Positions 37,501-51,798 of a stretch of 64,000 nucleotides of DNA are shown piece after piece (positions within the stretch are counted from its first letter, which is position 1; each line of letters begins with the position of its first letter). The translations under genes and the position numbers were made by a program. Location of the stretch: the NCBI GenBank assembly GCA_965112735.1, contig OZ218950.1:4898001-4962000 (forward strand). The letters are read 5' to 3'. The stretch is from Phaeosaccion multiseriatum. Its lineage: Eukaryota; Protista; Ochrophyta, other classes. The notes under the pieces are model-generated. The model saw nothing but the letters and a program-made list of their open reading frames with translations. It did no database searches and had not been told where the DNA came from.

Positions 37501-39894
37501 GTCTTGGAGATGCTGCTGTATCACCAACTGCTGCTGCTACTGCTGCTGCTGTATCACCAACTGCCGCTACTAGGGTACACACCTGTGGGTCCGGTGGTGC
37601 CTCGCCCGTGCAAGGAGGGCATGGCGTGGGGGGGGCGTCGCAGCTCACATCAAAGACCAAGGACTGGATCAACGGAGGAGGAGGGCTGCCGCAGCTTCAG
37701 AATGGGACGAATGGGACGAATGGGATGAATGGGATGAGTCCTCCAGTGCCAGTACTAGTCTCGCCGGGAGGAGGAGCTTCAGCCTTATGGGAAGCCAGGG
37801 AGGGTGGGCAGCAGGAGGGGGGGGGGGGGTTGCCCTGGTGGGAGGCTACGACGGGGGGGGAAGTTGTGATTGAAGGTAGAGGTCTGGTGTCGGTTCTCAA
37901 GCGGCCAAAAACGGCGGCTGTAGGAATGATAGAAGACCAAGACGAGGGTGGGGGAAAGGAAAGGGAGGAGGAGGAGAAGGAGGAGGAGAAGGAGGAGGAG
38001 GTGCTCGGTGACACCAGGCAAGGAGGAGAAGGAGGAGGAGAAGGAGGACGAAAAGAAGCAGGAGGAAGAGGACGAGGAGGAGCAGGGAGCGTTGGTAGTG
38101 CGGCTCTGGCGACACCACCTCTTGCGCAAGGAGCAGGGCAAGAGAAAGATGATCCGCTCTACCCTCCCCGGGAGGGCGATGGCCCTGATGATGATGATGA
38201 TGATGATGGGCCCTTGCGCTGGGGAGACGGGGTCACCCCGGGGCGGCTCAGAGTGCTTGTGACTACACTCATCAACTTCGCACTCAAGGAGCAGCAGGCC
38301 GCCTCGCAGGTACGCAGCGGTGTGCACAATAGAGAGAGCAAGAAGAAGGGTGCGGAGGATGGGGGGGGGGGGGAGGGGGACATGGGAGAGGGAGGAGGAG
38401 GAGGAGGAGGAGGAGGAGGAGGAGGAGGAGGAGGAGGGGACGAAGGAGGAGGAGAAGAAGCGCTGCCCGTGCTCGATTGGCGTCGGTGCTTCCGCTGCAT
38501 GGTGTTCGTGGAGCGAAGGGAGACGGCGCGCATCATGACTGAGTTCCTGCAACACGCCATTGGGCACATTCTCAAGTGCGGTTTTGTAGTCGGGAGAGCC
38601 AACAACAAGGGCGGGGGCGGGGGCGGGTCGAGTGGAGGCACGGCAGGAGGGTTGGAGGGACTGGGGCCCATGGGCTCAGCGGCAGAGATGGCACTCTCTC
38701 GCAACGGCAGTGGTGGTGGTCGTGGTGGGCAGGGTCAGGGTCATAGTGAGGGTGAGAGTCAGGGTCTTGCCGCTGCTGCTGCTGCTGCTGCTGCTGCTTC
38801 TACGCGACCCTTTGCGAAGCGCTCTCGGACCATGAAAGGCTTCGCTTCGACCATCAGCGACTTTCGACGGGGCAACATACAGGTGTTGGTGACGACAGAT
38901 GCATGCAGTGAGGGCATTGACGTGCCGGAGTGCAACATGGTCATCGCGATGGACAGGCTCAAGTCGTCGAGGAGCCTCATACACACCAAGGGCAGGTGCG
39001 TGAGGGGAGGGGATGACGGAGGTGGACGGACTCTAGAGACTGGGGGACGGGGACGGGGACGGGGACGGGGGCGGGACTGCCTTTGAGAGAGACGTAGAGG
39101 GAGGCCCGAGGCTATTTGATCACGCTCTTGCCACTCGTCCCGTCCACTGCCATCCCCACTCACACAAACAACACGACCTACCCTCTTCACCCTCACCCCC
39201 CCGTACCCTCACCCACCACTCTTGCTCCTCACCCCTCACTCCTCATCCCCACCCACCAACCAACCAAAACAACTCAGAGCCCGCGCTCGCAAGGGGAAAT
39301 TCTTCGTAATGGTGGGCAGCAACGACCAAGCAGAGGCCGACAGACTGCAGGGCATCGTCGAACAATCGCACGATATCCGCCGGAATGTTCTGCACTACGA
39401 ACAGGAGTCACCAGCGGGGCCCCTCCGGCTCAAGTTCCCAGGGCTCGTGCATCGCATTGAGTCTACTGGAGCCATTTTGGATCTTGATGTGGCCATTCCT
39501 CTCTTGCACGAGACGCTGCTGAAGCTGGGCTGTGATTTCAAGCCCTACTTTAGGGTCACGCAGTTGCCGAGTGGAGAAGTGGACTGGAGTGAGAGAGGAG
39601 GAGGAGCAGGAGGAGGAGCACGAGGAGGAGGAGGAGGAGGAGGAGGAGGAGGAGGCGATGCGCTTGTGACTGGGCCTAGTGGACGAAGTATGGACGAGTA
39701 CTGGCGAGTGCAGCATCGGGCAGGGATAATACCGTCCTTTGTTTTTACGTGCGAGGTGGAGCTGCCCACCTTTCTCCAGGTGAGTGAAAGAGGGGAATGA
39801 GAGGGGAGAGAAGGAGAGAGCGGGAGAGGTAGAGCTCCCCTCGGGTTGCTGACACGCACACACCTACTCACCCACCCACCCACACACCCACACG

Positions 39895-39934
<40 letters not shown>

Positions 39935-41512
39935 GACACCCACACGCAGGATGACCTCGCTGCCCCCCCCTGGTTGGGCAATCCCGGGCCCTTTCTAGCG
40001 GGCACGACACGCGCAGAGCTTGCCGCGAGCGGTCTGAGCGCCTTCCCCATCTGTACGTCAAAGTCGGAGGCGAGGGCGGCGGCGGCGTTCTTCGCGTGCA
40101 AGTACCTCTTGCGGAGGGGCTGCCTTGACGACAGGCTCAACCCTCTGTCCAACTCAGGTTGGTGAGACTTAGGTTATTATATGTTATGTGATGTTATGTT
40201 GTGTTATGTTAGGTATGTTATGTTGGTTAGAGTTGTGATGAGGAGGGTCCGATAGCGCTTTGCTTGGAGTAGGGTAGGGTGGGGTAGGGTAGGGTAGGGT
40301 AGAGTAGGGTAGGTTAGGGTAGGGTAGGGTAGGGCAGGGTGGGGTAGGGTAGGGTAGGGTGGGGTAGGGTGGGGTAGGGTAGGGTAGGGTGGGGTAGAGT
40401 AGGGTAGGGTAGGGTAGAGTAGGGTAGGGTAGGGTAGGGTAGGGTAGAGCAGGGTAGGGTAGGGTAGGGTAGGGTGGGGTAGGGTAGGGTAGGGTAGGGT
40501 AGGGTAGGGTAGAGTAGGGTAGGGAAGGGTAGGGTAGGGTAGGGTGGGGTAGGGTGGGGTAGGGTGGGGTAGGGTGGGGTCGGGTAGGGTAGGGTAGGGT
40601 AGGGTGGGGTAGGGTAGGGTAGGGTAGGGTAGGGTGGGGTAGGGTAGAGTAGGGCAGGGAAGGGCAGGGTGGGGTAGGGTGGGGTGGGGGTGGGGTAGGG
40701 TAGGGTAGGGTAGGGTAGGGTAGGGTGGGGTAGGGTGGGATGGGGCGGGGTCACAGGTCTCCCTGAGCAACAAATCAATACCCATCATTCAACGAACCCC
40801 CTCCCAAACCTCACAAACTACACCAACACACGAGAGCAGAACGCAACACGGTGAGTTGGGGCGGTCACTTCGGGAGCCGTGTGGTGGTGAGCAACCTCGT
40901 CGCCCATACCCCCATGACTCTGCGTCAGACACCAACATCCGCCCTAGGTGAGGGAGGGAGGGAAGGAGGGAGGGACGGAGGGAGGGACGGAGGGAGTGTG
41001 TGAGTGAGGGAAGGAGATAGATAGATGCGTATTGGTGGGTACTGACCTGCCCCCCCATTCCTTGCCTTCCCGTCCCGTCTCCTTATCCTCTCTCTCTCTC
41101 TCGCTCTTCTCCTGCTTCTCTCTGGCTGCTTGGCTGGCCTTCCCTCCCACCAGGTTTGCCCTCCATCCCTGGCAACGATGACTCCTCTGCACGCCTTATC
41201 CCAGCCATCCCAGCAGACGGCCCATTGGCAGCAGTAGCAGAGGGAAGGGAAGAGAAAAAGGGTACACCTGCTGTGCGAAGGGCTACAGCAATAGCAATAG
41301 GAGATGAAAGTGAAGGGAAGAACGGCTCTGTTCCTGCAACTGCTACGACTGCTGGTGCTTCTGCTGCGGCTGGTGCTGCGGTTGGGGCGGGAGAGGAGTC
41401 TCTCAACCGAGCGGAGGAGGATCAGGGCAAGGAGATGGCGGAGGACGAAGTCGTGACCATGTCCGTGTACTTTCTGCGGAGCCTCTACCCGGTAAGTGGC
41501 AAACAGAGCGGG

Positions 41513-41551
<39 letters not shown>

Positions 41552-43309
41552 GTGTGTGTGGGGGGGGGGGCGTTCGGGCTTGACACTTTGAAGTGCACTC
41601 CTGTCATGAGGAGTGTTTCTAGCGTCTGTCCTTGATCGCCCTCTCTCTCTCTGTGTGTGTATGCGCGTGTTTGTGCGAGTGTGGCCCTACCATACCCACC
41701 CATACATACCCATGAACATACCCACACCTACCTACCCTATATGCCTACTCCATCAGGTGACTGACCTGGAGGTGTGTGGCTCTACCCCTGTGGGGGCGTG
41801 CCTGCCTCTGGCGCTTCTCACTATGGGCCCCCTCCCTCTGGAGAAGTCCGTGCTGGAGAAGCTCGGTGTAATGGCCGGGTGCAAGAGGGTAAGTCAGTGA
41901 GTGTGTGAGTGAATGAGTGAGTGAGTGAGTGAGTGAGTGAGTCGGTGGGTGGCAAGAGGTTCAGTTTCAGTTTCAATTGATTGGACCTTCTGTGAGGGTC
42001 GTTGCGTGCATGCATACCTCTCTACCCTGGACTACGTGACCCAATCAATACCCCCCAACACCGAATATACAACACCTCAACCAACGCCACGTACACACGC
42101 GCACATACTCACTCTGAATGCAAGGCACACACACACACACACACACTCACACTCACACCACTGCAACGCACGCACACACACACGAATGTATACACACGCA
42201 CGCACACACACACACAAATGTATACACACGCACGGACACACACACACACTCCAACCCACGACGCTAAGGTGACTCTGACGCTAACCTCGAGCGAGCTGAA
42301 GGAGATCAAGAAGTGGCACCGCGAGGCCTTCGAGATGGTCGTGCACTATCGACTAGTGGTGGAGGAGAAGAAGAAGCAGGCCACGAAGCGACAGAAGATG
42401 CTCGAGAGGCAGGCACGGGTCTCTAGGGAGCTCCGAGAGCAGCAGGAGGCAAACAGCCTTGCGAGTGGGGGAAGAGCCACAGACCTCCAGGGGGGCGGGG
42501 GGGGGGGCGACAGCAGTGGGAATAGGAACAGTAATAAGTATGGCACGCAGAACCCAGATGACTTGGATGAAGGGGACACGATTACCAAGCAGGTTGGGGT
42601 GCAGCATCGGGTGGGCAAGAAGGGCAGCTGGCAAACGGAGCTTCCCGTGGCGACGGAGAAGGGCTACCTCTGCGCCCCACTGGTGCCTGTGGCTAGAGGA
42701 GGAGGGCAAGGGGGGGGTCGGGATCAGCAGACGACCATGACAGTCGACCCCAATCTACCCCCCGAGATCGACTGGCAGGTGGTGCGAGACGCCAATGAGG
42801 AGAAGGTGTATGGGGATGTGGAGGAGAGGCCGGAGGAGCTGACGCTCTATGTGCGAGTGAGCGAGCGAAGGAGTCGTTTCTACGCGGTGTTGGCGAGACC
42901 GGACCTTCGTCTCGGGGACTACTTGGAAGCGATAAAGTCGGAGGAGGATGGCTATCTCAACAAGGGTGTACCGGTGGAGGAGCTATTCTCACCGGAAGTG
43001 GCAGAAGGGTTCAAGATGGTCAAGCCTAGGGTTGGCTTGGGAAGGTGGGTGGGTGGGGGGGTGGGGGGAGTGGGTGAGTGGGTGAGTGGGTGAATGGGTG
43101 GATGGATGAGGGAGTACCGTTTTGCTGACCTTGCTTGTCGTCACAAACCCTCCACATGCCCTTGACACTTGACACCTGTGTTTCATCGCGATTATTATCA
43201 CCCACCCACCCACCCGCACCGGCCCAACCCCCCTATCCCTCCATCCATACCAATCACACCCACCGCCACAATCATCATACACGACTACACATCCACCCAC
43301 ACACACACG

Positions 43310-43342
<33 letters not shown>

Positions 43343-46300
43343 ACACACACACACTCTCTCACACACACACACACACACACACTCACACACACACCCTCAC
43401 ACACACACACACACACCCAGATGGTACACCATGGAGCAAATTGAGGAGGAGGGGCTTGACCTAGAACAACGCCTCATGCTCGCAGTGCCCATCAAGAGCA
43501 CTCAGCAAGCCTTTAGGGCGTCGCTCGAGGAGGCAGAGCAGAGGCTCACCGTCGTGGAGGGAGTGGGGGGTGGAGGAGGGAGCGGGCGTAGGGGGATGGG
43601 GGACGGGGAGGGGATGGCGTCAGGGGTGGCGGGGTACGACAGCGACGATGCCGATGATGCGGATGATGCGGCAGAGCGACGAGCGAAGGAGGAGGACGAC
43701 GGTTTCGCCCCATATCACTCCGATGACGACGAGGAGGAGGTATTTGTAGGAGGGGGCACAGCAGCAGTAGCAGCAGTTGGTGATGCAGCAGCGACCAGGC
43801 CAATTGGGCAGGGCAGCAGCGCCCCTCCGGGTCTCCAAGGAGGAAGGGCTCTTACTGTGGGTGCTGTGACAACCCTGCTGGGGTTGGGGAGTAGTCCTCT
43901 GATGCAGCAGCAGCAGGAGGAGAAGCAGCAGCAGCACTTGCAGCAGTTGGTAGTACAGCAGGAGCAGCAGCAGCAGCAGCTACAGAGCGTGGGCATCCTG
44001 GGCAGCCGGAGAGCAACGGATCTCGACACGATCATGCGACTTGGTCTCACGGAAGTGAGTGGGGGAGTGAGGGAGTGAGGGAGTGACTGAGGGACTGACG
44101 CACTATGTGACTGATTGACTTGGTGACTGAGTGAATGACAAGAACGTTACAGAGGTCGAGAGGGGGGATGGGGATGGCATGCACACACACACACACACAC
44201 ACGGACAGCAACACAAACACACTCACCCACTCTCTCCCTCTCACACACACACGGACAGCAACACAAACGCACTCACCCACTCTCTCTCACACACACGTAC
44301 ACCCACCCACGCACCCACCCACCCACCCACACACTCACACACACAGGACGAGCTCGCCGCCCTTCGCAAGGAGGAGAAGAGGAGGACCCGCAAGGCCGAC
44401 GAGGCCGAGGACTGCGGCATCTTCACTCGCAGGGCCTACCCCAGCTTCCTTATTCCGGACCTCACTACGAGGCTCTGTCTGCCTAGGAGGGTCTTCTTGG
44501 CTGTGGTACAGGTGCGTGTGTGAGGAGGGGTGGGGGGGGTGGGTAGGGGCATCCTTCCACTTTGTTCTCTTTCACTTCTCACCTCCCTCCCATCTCTCTC
44601 TCCCTCCCTCCCTCCCTCCCTCCCTCCTGCTCCCTTCTCTTCTCTTCCGACCCCCCTCTCTCTCCCCTCTCTCCCTCCCTCCCCTCCCTCCCTCTCTCTC
44701 TCGCCTCTCTCCCACCCCCCCTCTGTCTCCCTTCCTGTCCTCGTTACGATAGGTGGTGCCGAGGCTCTTCCACCTGGAGAGGGCAATGCTTGTGCGCACC
44801 CTTCATCAGGCGACAGTTCAGCCGGCTCTCAGGAGGTGAGTCGAAGAGAGTGGGATGGAAGTGAGTGAGTGAGTGAGTGAGAGAGAGAGTGTGTGAGAGA
44901 GAGAGTGTGTGAGTGAGAGAGTGAGTGAGTGATTGAGTGAGTGAGAGTTTGTGTGTGAGGGGGTGAATGAGAGAGCGGGTAGAGTGTGAGTGTGCATTTT
45001 GAGTGGAGTGCTTGGATATCGATACGTCGAAGCCTCAGTGAACGCCTCCACCTCCTCCACCCCTTCTGTCCCGGCACGGCATCTCTTTTGTTCGTGTTTG
45101 GCGGTTGCTTACAAACAGCACAAGTCCCTTCCTCTCTCATTCCCCTCTTCCCTCTCTTCTCGACACACACACAGCCCCTGGGGAAGCTTCGGTCAAGGCG
45201 ACTTCCGCCGTACTCCCTCCAACACCAATACGAGAGACCTGGTTGACTGCGTGACAAGGCGGCCGCACAACGAGCGCCTAGAGACCCTGGGGGACGCCTG
45301 GCTCAGCTACTACGTACGTACTTCTACTTGCTTTACGTTGGTGTGACCTGTCTGGGACCTTCCTTACTTGTTGGTTCTCCACACGCGAGTGCCCTAGGCC
45401 TTGTGATGTGGCGTGCTGTCCAGAGGCCGCTCCTCTGACCATCGTGCCGCCCAGCCACAGTCCACAGTCCACAGTCCACTGCCCGAGATGAGTGTAGGGA
45501 TGCGTAGCCTCCTCCTCCTCCTCCTCCTCCTCCTCCTCCTCCTCCTCCTCCTCCTCCTCCTCCTCCTCCTCCTCCTCCTCCTCCTCCTCCTCCTCCTCCT
45601 CCTCCTCCTCCTCCTCCTCCTCCTCCTCCTCCTCCTCCTCCTCCTCCTCCTCCTCCTCCTCCTCCTCCTCCTCCTCCTCCTCCTCCTCCTCCTCCTCCTC
45701 CTCCTCCTCCTCCTCCTCCTCCTCCTCCTCCTCCTCCTCCTCCTCCTCCTCCTCCTCCTCCTTCTCCTTCTCCTCCTCCTCCTCCTCCTCCTCCTCCTCC
45801 TCCTCCTCCTCCTTCTTTTCCTCCTCCTCCTCCTTCTCCTCCTCCTCCTTCTCCTCCTCCTCCTCCTCCTCCTCCTCCTCCTCCTCCCCCTCCCTCTCCT
45901 CATCCCCCTCCCTCTCCTCTTCCCCCTCCCCCTTCTCCCCCCTCTCTCCCACCCTCGCCTCACCCCCAGGTGAGTATGATGGTGTTCACAGCCAAGCCGC
46001 TGATGCTCGAAGAGGGCCTCATGACTCTGATGCGAGTGGAGGTGGTGAGCAACACGCGTCTGCAGCAAGCGGCCGGCTACCGCAGCCTACAGTACTTCTT
46101 GCATCCGCCGAGGTCCATCCTGGGGCAGCCCTTCTCGCATTGGGTACCCTCCATGCTCGCGCCGTAAGTACCTTGCCTTGCCTTCGTCTTCGCTTCCCTG
46201 ATCTTCACTTATCTTACCTTACTTTTTATGTTGCCACACATGGGCCTTACAACAGTCCAAGCGGAAGGGGATTGTGGGGCGGTGGGGAGGAGTCCGGACA

Positions 46301-49300
46301 GACGGGAGAGGGAGGGAAGGCTCCAGCAGCCAAGTCGCATACTTCTGTCTGTCTGTGTGTGTGTGTGTGTGTGTGTGTATACACACACTCCCTTCTCTCT
46401 CTCTGAGCCTCTCTCCCACTCCCTCTCACTCGCTCCCTCCCCCTCTTCCTCCCTCCCTTCCTCACCTCCTCTTCTGCTTCACCCGCCATCCTCCACCCAC
46501 ACACGTACGCCCCCCCAGTCCCGGCCGCACGTTGGTGAACTGGAAGACGCTGCCAGATGTTGTAGAGGCCATGCTCGGGGCGTTTCTCGTGACGGGGGGT
46601 GACGCCATGGCCAGCTTCGTGATGAAGGTCGGTGCAGTATGTCAGTGAGTGACTGCCATAGTATGTTAGTGAGTGACTGCCATAGTCTGGCACACGACAT
46701 GGCAGTGGTGCATGCACGATCCAAAGAAAGGGGGTGGGTCCCATGTGCCATGGTAAGCTCCCCGTACCGCAAAGTCCTCTGCAGTCTCTCCTTCTTGACT
46801 TATTGTTAGTCTCTCCTCACTCCCTCTCTGTCACCCCCACCTTTCCTCCCCTCTCTCCCCCCTGTCCACCCGCCCGCCCACACCTATCGGTCCTCCCTCC
46901 CCTCCCTCTCAGTGGCTGGGCATGCCAACACTGGACTGGGTCAAGAAACACAATAGACGCTACGAGCGGCTCGAGGCCCAGCGGAGGAAGGCCTTGGCCG
47001 AGTCTCTTCGCACACAGCGTTGGAGCGAGGAGGCCAATGCTGACCACGCCATAGCGGCGGCGGCGCTGGTGCAGCAGGAGCGTCAAGAGGAGGAGGCAGC
47101 AGCGAGGACGAGCTCAAAGCTCAGGCCAGAGGGGGCCACAGAGGGGGGCACAGAGGGGGGCACAGAGGAGCCTAAGGAAGGGCTTACAAAGGAGGCTATA
47201 GAGGGGGCTAGTTCAGAGGTTTCGAAGGGCATGCGAGCGGCCGAGGAGGCGGCTGCAGAAGCGGCGGCAGCAGCGGCGGCGGTACGTATGGTGGCGGACA
47301 GCACACCAGAGAAAGACTTTGGACTTTGGACTTTCCCTGCCTTCCTCCCTCTATTCCTCTCCCCCTCCCTCCCTCCCTCCCTCCTTCTGTCTGTCCGTTT
47401 ATGACGTCTCATTACTTGTGCTCATTGATTGCTTCGTACTTATTCCACTCTCCTCACTGCCTGACGGGTTGGGGGGGGGGGCTTGCCTTTTGCCTTCTAC
47501 CCTACCCTATCTTTTATGTCGTGTTGTCATCCTGTGTCCCCTCCCGCCCTCCCTCCTTAGGCGGCAGCAGCAGCGGACAAGGCGGCGAAGCTCGCCAGTG
47601 AGGCAGCGGACAGAGCGAAGGTGGCACGAGCTGTGGCGGAGGCCATCCGCAGAGGGGAAGACCTCCCGCTGCTGCCCCCTGCCCCGCCTGCCCCACTTGC
47701 CCGGCCCGCACAAGAAGAAGGCATGGCACCAGAAGAAGAAGAGATGAATGGATGCAACGGTTACGGTTACGCTCACGCTCATACTCACGGCCACACCGCG
47801 GGGCTGCTCTCTACAGGCGCTGGGGAGGGGGGCGGAGGAGGAGGGGGCGAGGAAAGCTTCACCGCCACCGACATGGAGAGGGAGATGGAGAGGGAGATGG
47901 AGAGAGAGATGGAGAGAGAGATAAAGAAGATGGAGAGAGAGATGGAGAGAGAGATGGAGAGGGAGAGAGAGATGGAGCTCTCCGAAGGCGGCTGCCCTTC
48001 ATTCGAGGGCTTTGCGAATGAGGAGGAAGAGGAGGTGAGGCGAGGGCTGTTGGGCTGTTGCTCAGCTGTCTGTAAGGCTGTCATGGGGTGGTGGGGGGTG
48101 AAAGGTGCTGTTGTGTCTTGCTTCGATTCTGTCCTCCATGACCTTCTCTGTCCACTAGCGCTCACCCCCTCCCTCCCACCCCACCGAAATGGCACGTCGA
48201 CCTCTTCCACCCCAACCCCAACCTACACATGTACAAACACTCTCTTTACCGTGCACCTCCCGCTCCCTCACCTACCGACCGCCTACGCCTCTCCCCTCTT
48301 TCCACTCTTTTCCCTCCCTCCCTCCCTCCCTCCCTCCCTCCCTTCCTTCCTTTCTCCCTCCCTCTCTCCCTCCCTCCCTCCCTCCCTCCCTCCCTTCCTT
48401 CCTTCCTTCCTTTCTCCCTCCCTCTCTCCCTCCCTCCCTCCCTCCCTAACCCCCCACCTACCCACCAGGAGGACATCCGTCTGCGAATCGTGGACAACAA
48501 ACGGCCGTGGCTGCAGGAACTCGAGGATGGTGTGGTGCATGAAGCCGACCTCGACGATGTGGACTACGCGGAAGACGGCATCACACCCCTCACCAAGCCT
48601 CCCACCACCCCCCACACGCTTCTCACCGCACCTATCTCCACGCCCCTCACGTCTCTATTAGGAGGAGGAGGAGGAGGAGGAGGAGGAGGAGGAGGAGGAG
48701 CCGTCGATGAGAAGGAGGAAGAGGAGGAGGAGGAGAAGGAGGGAAAGGAGGAGGTGCAGGACGACGGTATCGTTAACAGTAACGGTAGCAGTATCCGAGA
48801 GGCTTCTTCGGCAAGTGTCGCAGCAACAGTAGCAGGTGCAGGAGGTGCAGAAGGAGCAGCAATGGCAGTTGGTGATACGACTCGGTGGCCCTTCAGCGAC
48901 AAGGGCATGGCGGGCGTGTGGATACCCGAGTGGGAGAAGTATTCGCCCCCTCCCTGTCCGGAGCTGGTGCAAGTGGTGAGGGGTGTGGAGAAGGCGCTTG
49001 GCGGGTACAGCTTCAGGTACCCATGGCTGTGCCTCCAGGCGCTCACCCACCCGTCTTGGACCATGTTCGAGAAGGAGTGGAAGACAAGTGCTCGTAGGCC
49101 TGCGGAAGGCAGCAAGCAGGACCACCAGCAGCGGCGGTTGGTGATACAGCAGCAGCGGCGGTTGGTGACGCAGCCGTTGGTGATACAGCAGCCTCCACAG
49201 CAAGATGGTGGTGGCGACGGAGGACGAGGAGGAGCAGCTGGAGAAGGGTTGGCGGAGGGAGATAGGGGGGAGGGGGAGGAGGAGGAGGAGGAGGAGGAGG

Positions 49301-49999
49301 GGGAGTTCATGTGTATCCCTGTGAAGGATTACCAGCGACTTGAGTTCCTCGGGGACTCCGTGCTGTCATACATGGTCACCGTTATGCTCTACTTCTTTGG
49401 GGAGGGAGACCTCACCCCTGGCGAGATGACGGCCATCAAGGTGTCGTGTGTGAATAACGTGAGCCTGGCTAAGGTTGCTGTGTCGCAGCTTGAGCTGTCG
49501 AGGTTTTTAAGGGCATCGCCGGAGTTGTTGAACAAGATTGATGAGTACTTGGAGAGCTTGGCAGCGGCGGCGGTGGCTGAGGAGGAGGAAGAAGAGGAGG
49601 AGGATGGGGGGGAGGAGGAGAATGATGGTGATGAGGTGGAGGATGGGGATGAGGAGGAGGAGGAGGATGGTGAAGAAGAGGAGGAGGAGGAGGAGGAGGA
49701 GGAGGATGGTGACGAGGACGAAGCTATGACCGACCGAAAGGTCAAGCGAAAGGTCAGGCGAAAGGTCAAGCGAAAGGTCAAGCGTAGGGTCAAGCGCAAG
49801 GCGGAGGCGGAGGCTTCCGTATTGACCCCTCCCAAGCAACTTGCGGACGTGTTGGAGGCGCTTGTGGCGGCGGTGTTTCTCGATAGTGACGGAAGTATGT
49901 CCACTGTCACTGAGGTGTTTTGGCCGCTGCTCAAGCCACTCGCAGATGCGGTGAGTTAAGGGAGGGAGAATGAGAAAGAGAGAGAGAGAATGAGAAAGA

Positions 50000-50031
<32 letters not shown>

Positions 50032-50839
50032 ATGAGAAAGAGAGAGAGACGAGGGAAGGGGGGGAAGGGGTGAGGTAGGCAGGTAGGTAGGTAGGTAGGT
50101 AAGTAGGTAGGTAGGTGGGTAGGTAGGTAGGGAGGGCGGGAGAGAAGGAGGGAAGGGAGGGAGGGGGTGGTGAGGGAAGGGAGGGAAGGGAGGGAGAGAG
50201 GGAGTGAGGGAGGGAGGGGGTGAGGGAAGTACTGCTCATTTCGTGACAGTATCCAAATGAGGAAGGGTTGTACTGTCGCCATGAATGTATCGCACGCACG
50301 CACCCACCCCTCCCACTCCCTCCCACTCCTCTCTCCTCCTTGTACATTGAATAAACACTCCCAGGCATCGGTGACTCCTCGGCAGCGCGAGCAAGAGTCC
50401 ACTCATGACTTCCTGGAGAGAAAGCGCAAGGAGAGGAGGGAGAGGGAGAAGGCCAGGAGGGAGGAGAAGGAGAGGGAGAGCCGCGGTAGAGGGATAGGAG
50501 GAGGAGTGGGAGGGAAGAGGAGCCGAGCCACCGCCGCGGAAGACGCCGCCCCCCCATCTCTCACGGAGGATAAGTGCCCGCTCGAGGTCAGTCAGTCAGT
50601 CAGTCAGTCAGTCAGGCAGTCAGTCAGTCAGTCAGTTAGTCAGTCAGTCAGTCAGTCAGTCAGTCAGTCAGTCAGGCAGGCAGTCAGTCAGTCAGTCAGT
50701 CAGGCAGTCCGTCAGTCAGTCAGTCAGTCAGTCAGTCAGCACTAGGTATCAGTCAGTCAATCAGTCAGTCAGTCAGTCAGTCAGCCAGTCCGTCAGTCAG
50801 TCAGTCAGTCAGTCAGTCAGCCAGTCCGTCAGTCAGTCC

Positions 50840-50870
<31 letters not shown>

Positions 50871-51216
50871 AGTCAGTCAGTCAGTCAGTCAGTCAGTCAA
50901 CACAGAGCTGTCCTTACAGACAGACAGAGAGACAGACTGATGACAGCAAATCTCCTTTTTGCCTCTCTTATCCTCCAATTGCCCTCTCCGGCCTGCATGG
51001 ATGCCCGCTGCTGCTGCTGCTGCTGCTGCTGCTCGGCTCCGCTCTGCTCTGGGCTGTGTTGTGATTTGGGTTCAGGTGGTGGGAAGCATGGAGCGACTCC
51101 GCCAGCGCCTACAGAGGCTCAGCACTCTCCCCAGCTCCGAGGCGGACGTGAGGAGGAGGCAAGGGGACCAGGAGAGACAGCGCAAGGCCGCCGCGGCTGA
51201 CCCGGGGGGGGGCTGA
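34595..51216 (+). CDS. DCL: Dicer-like endoribonuclease (DExH helicase, DUF283/Dicer dimerisation, degenerate PAZ, two RNase III domains), about 20 exons
   Basis: Helicase motifs: [57 protein letters not shown]283: [32 protein letters not shown]. RNase IIIa: [10 protein letters not shown] (~45270) and [12 protein letters not shown] (~46550). RNase IIIb: [18 protein letters not shown] (~49330) and [19 protein letters not shown]. The last exons are less certain. Confidence 0.92.
40269..40745 (+). repeat. Intronic (TAGGG/TGGGG)n pentamer array
   Basis: About 470 bp of agggt/ggggt repeats inside a Dicer intron. Confidence 0.95.
45508..45885. repeat. Intronic (CCT)n microsatellite
   Basis: Direct reading. 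The poly-E, poly-R and poly-L ORFs here are artefacts. Confidence 0.95.
50587..50898. repeat. Intronic (CAGT)n microsatellite
   Basis: Direct reading. Confidence 0.95.
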
Positions 51217-51798
51217 CCCGAGGGGGCATCGTCCCGGCCGCTGTTAGCAGACGCAGCAGGAGCAGCGAAGCAGCAGCGGAGCAACAGCGGAGCAACAGCG
51301 GAGCAACAGTTTCATTGACGGGAATGGGGAGGTAGGAGGAAGCGGATCATCAGTAGTGTTACCAGTCGCTTGCGTTTTCTGTGTATGTTGTTGTTCTGGA
51401 TTCACAGACCGCAGAGGGGAAACACGTGCGATAATCATGCCGCACGGAGAGAAGGGAGAAGCGGGGCAGAGTAATATCAGAACAAACAAAGTTATGGTAG
51501 AGTGAATTGATACCGATACAAACTAGAAGCGCGCCTCTGGGAGGGAGCTCTGTGGAGCAGCCACGCCCTGTTCTATCTGCCTTGCTACCTGCCTTGTTAC
51601 CTGCTTATCTGCTCACTCTACTAGTATATACAAGTACGTATCAAAATTAAGTCAGCTCAGGTGCCCAGGCTCCACTGTTCCTCCTTGCAACCGAGGCTCT
51701 ACTCCTCCTCCTCCTCCTCCTCCTCCTCCTCCTCCTCCTCCTCCTCCTCCTCTTCCTCCTCCTCCTCCTCCTCCTCCTCCTCCTCCTCCTCCTCCTCC

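Noticed and set aside
40204-40788. Extensin-like PYPTL ORFs
   Set aside because: They are antisense translations of the intronic (TAGGG)n array.
45278-46068. Poly-E, poly-R and poly-L ORFs
   Set aside because: They are translations of an intronic (CCT)n tract.
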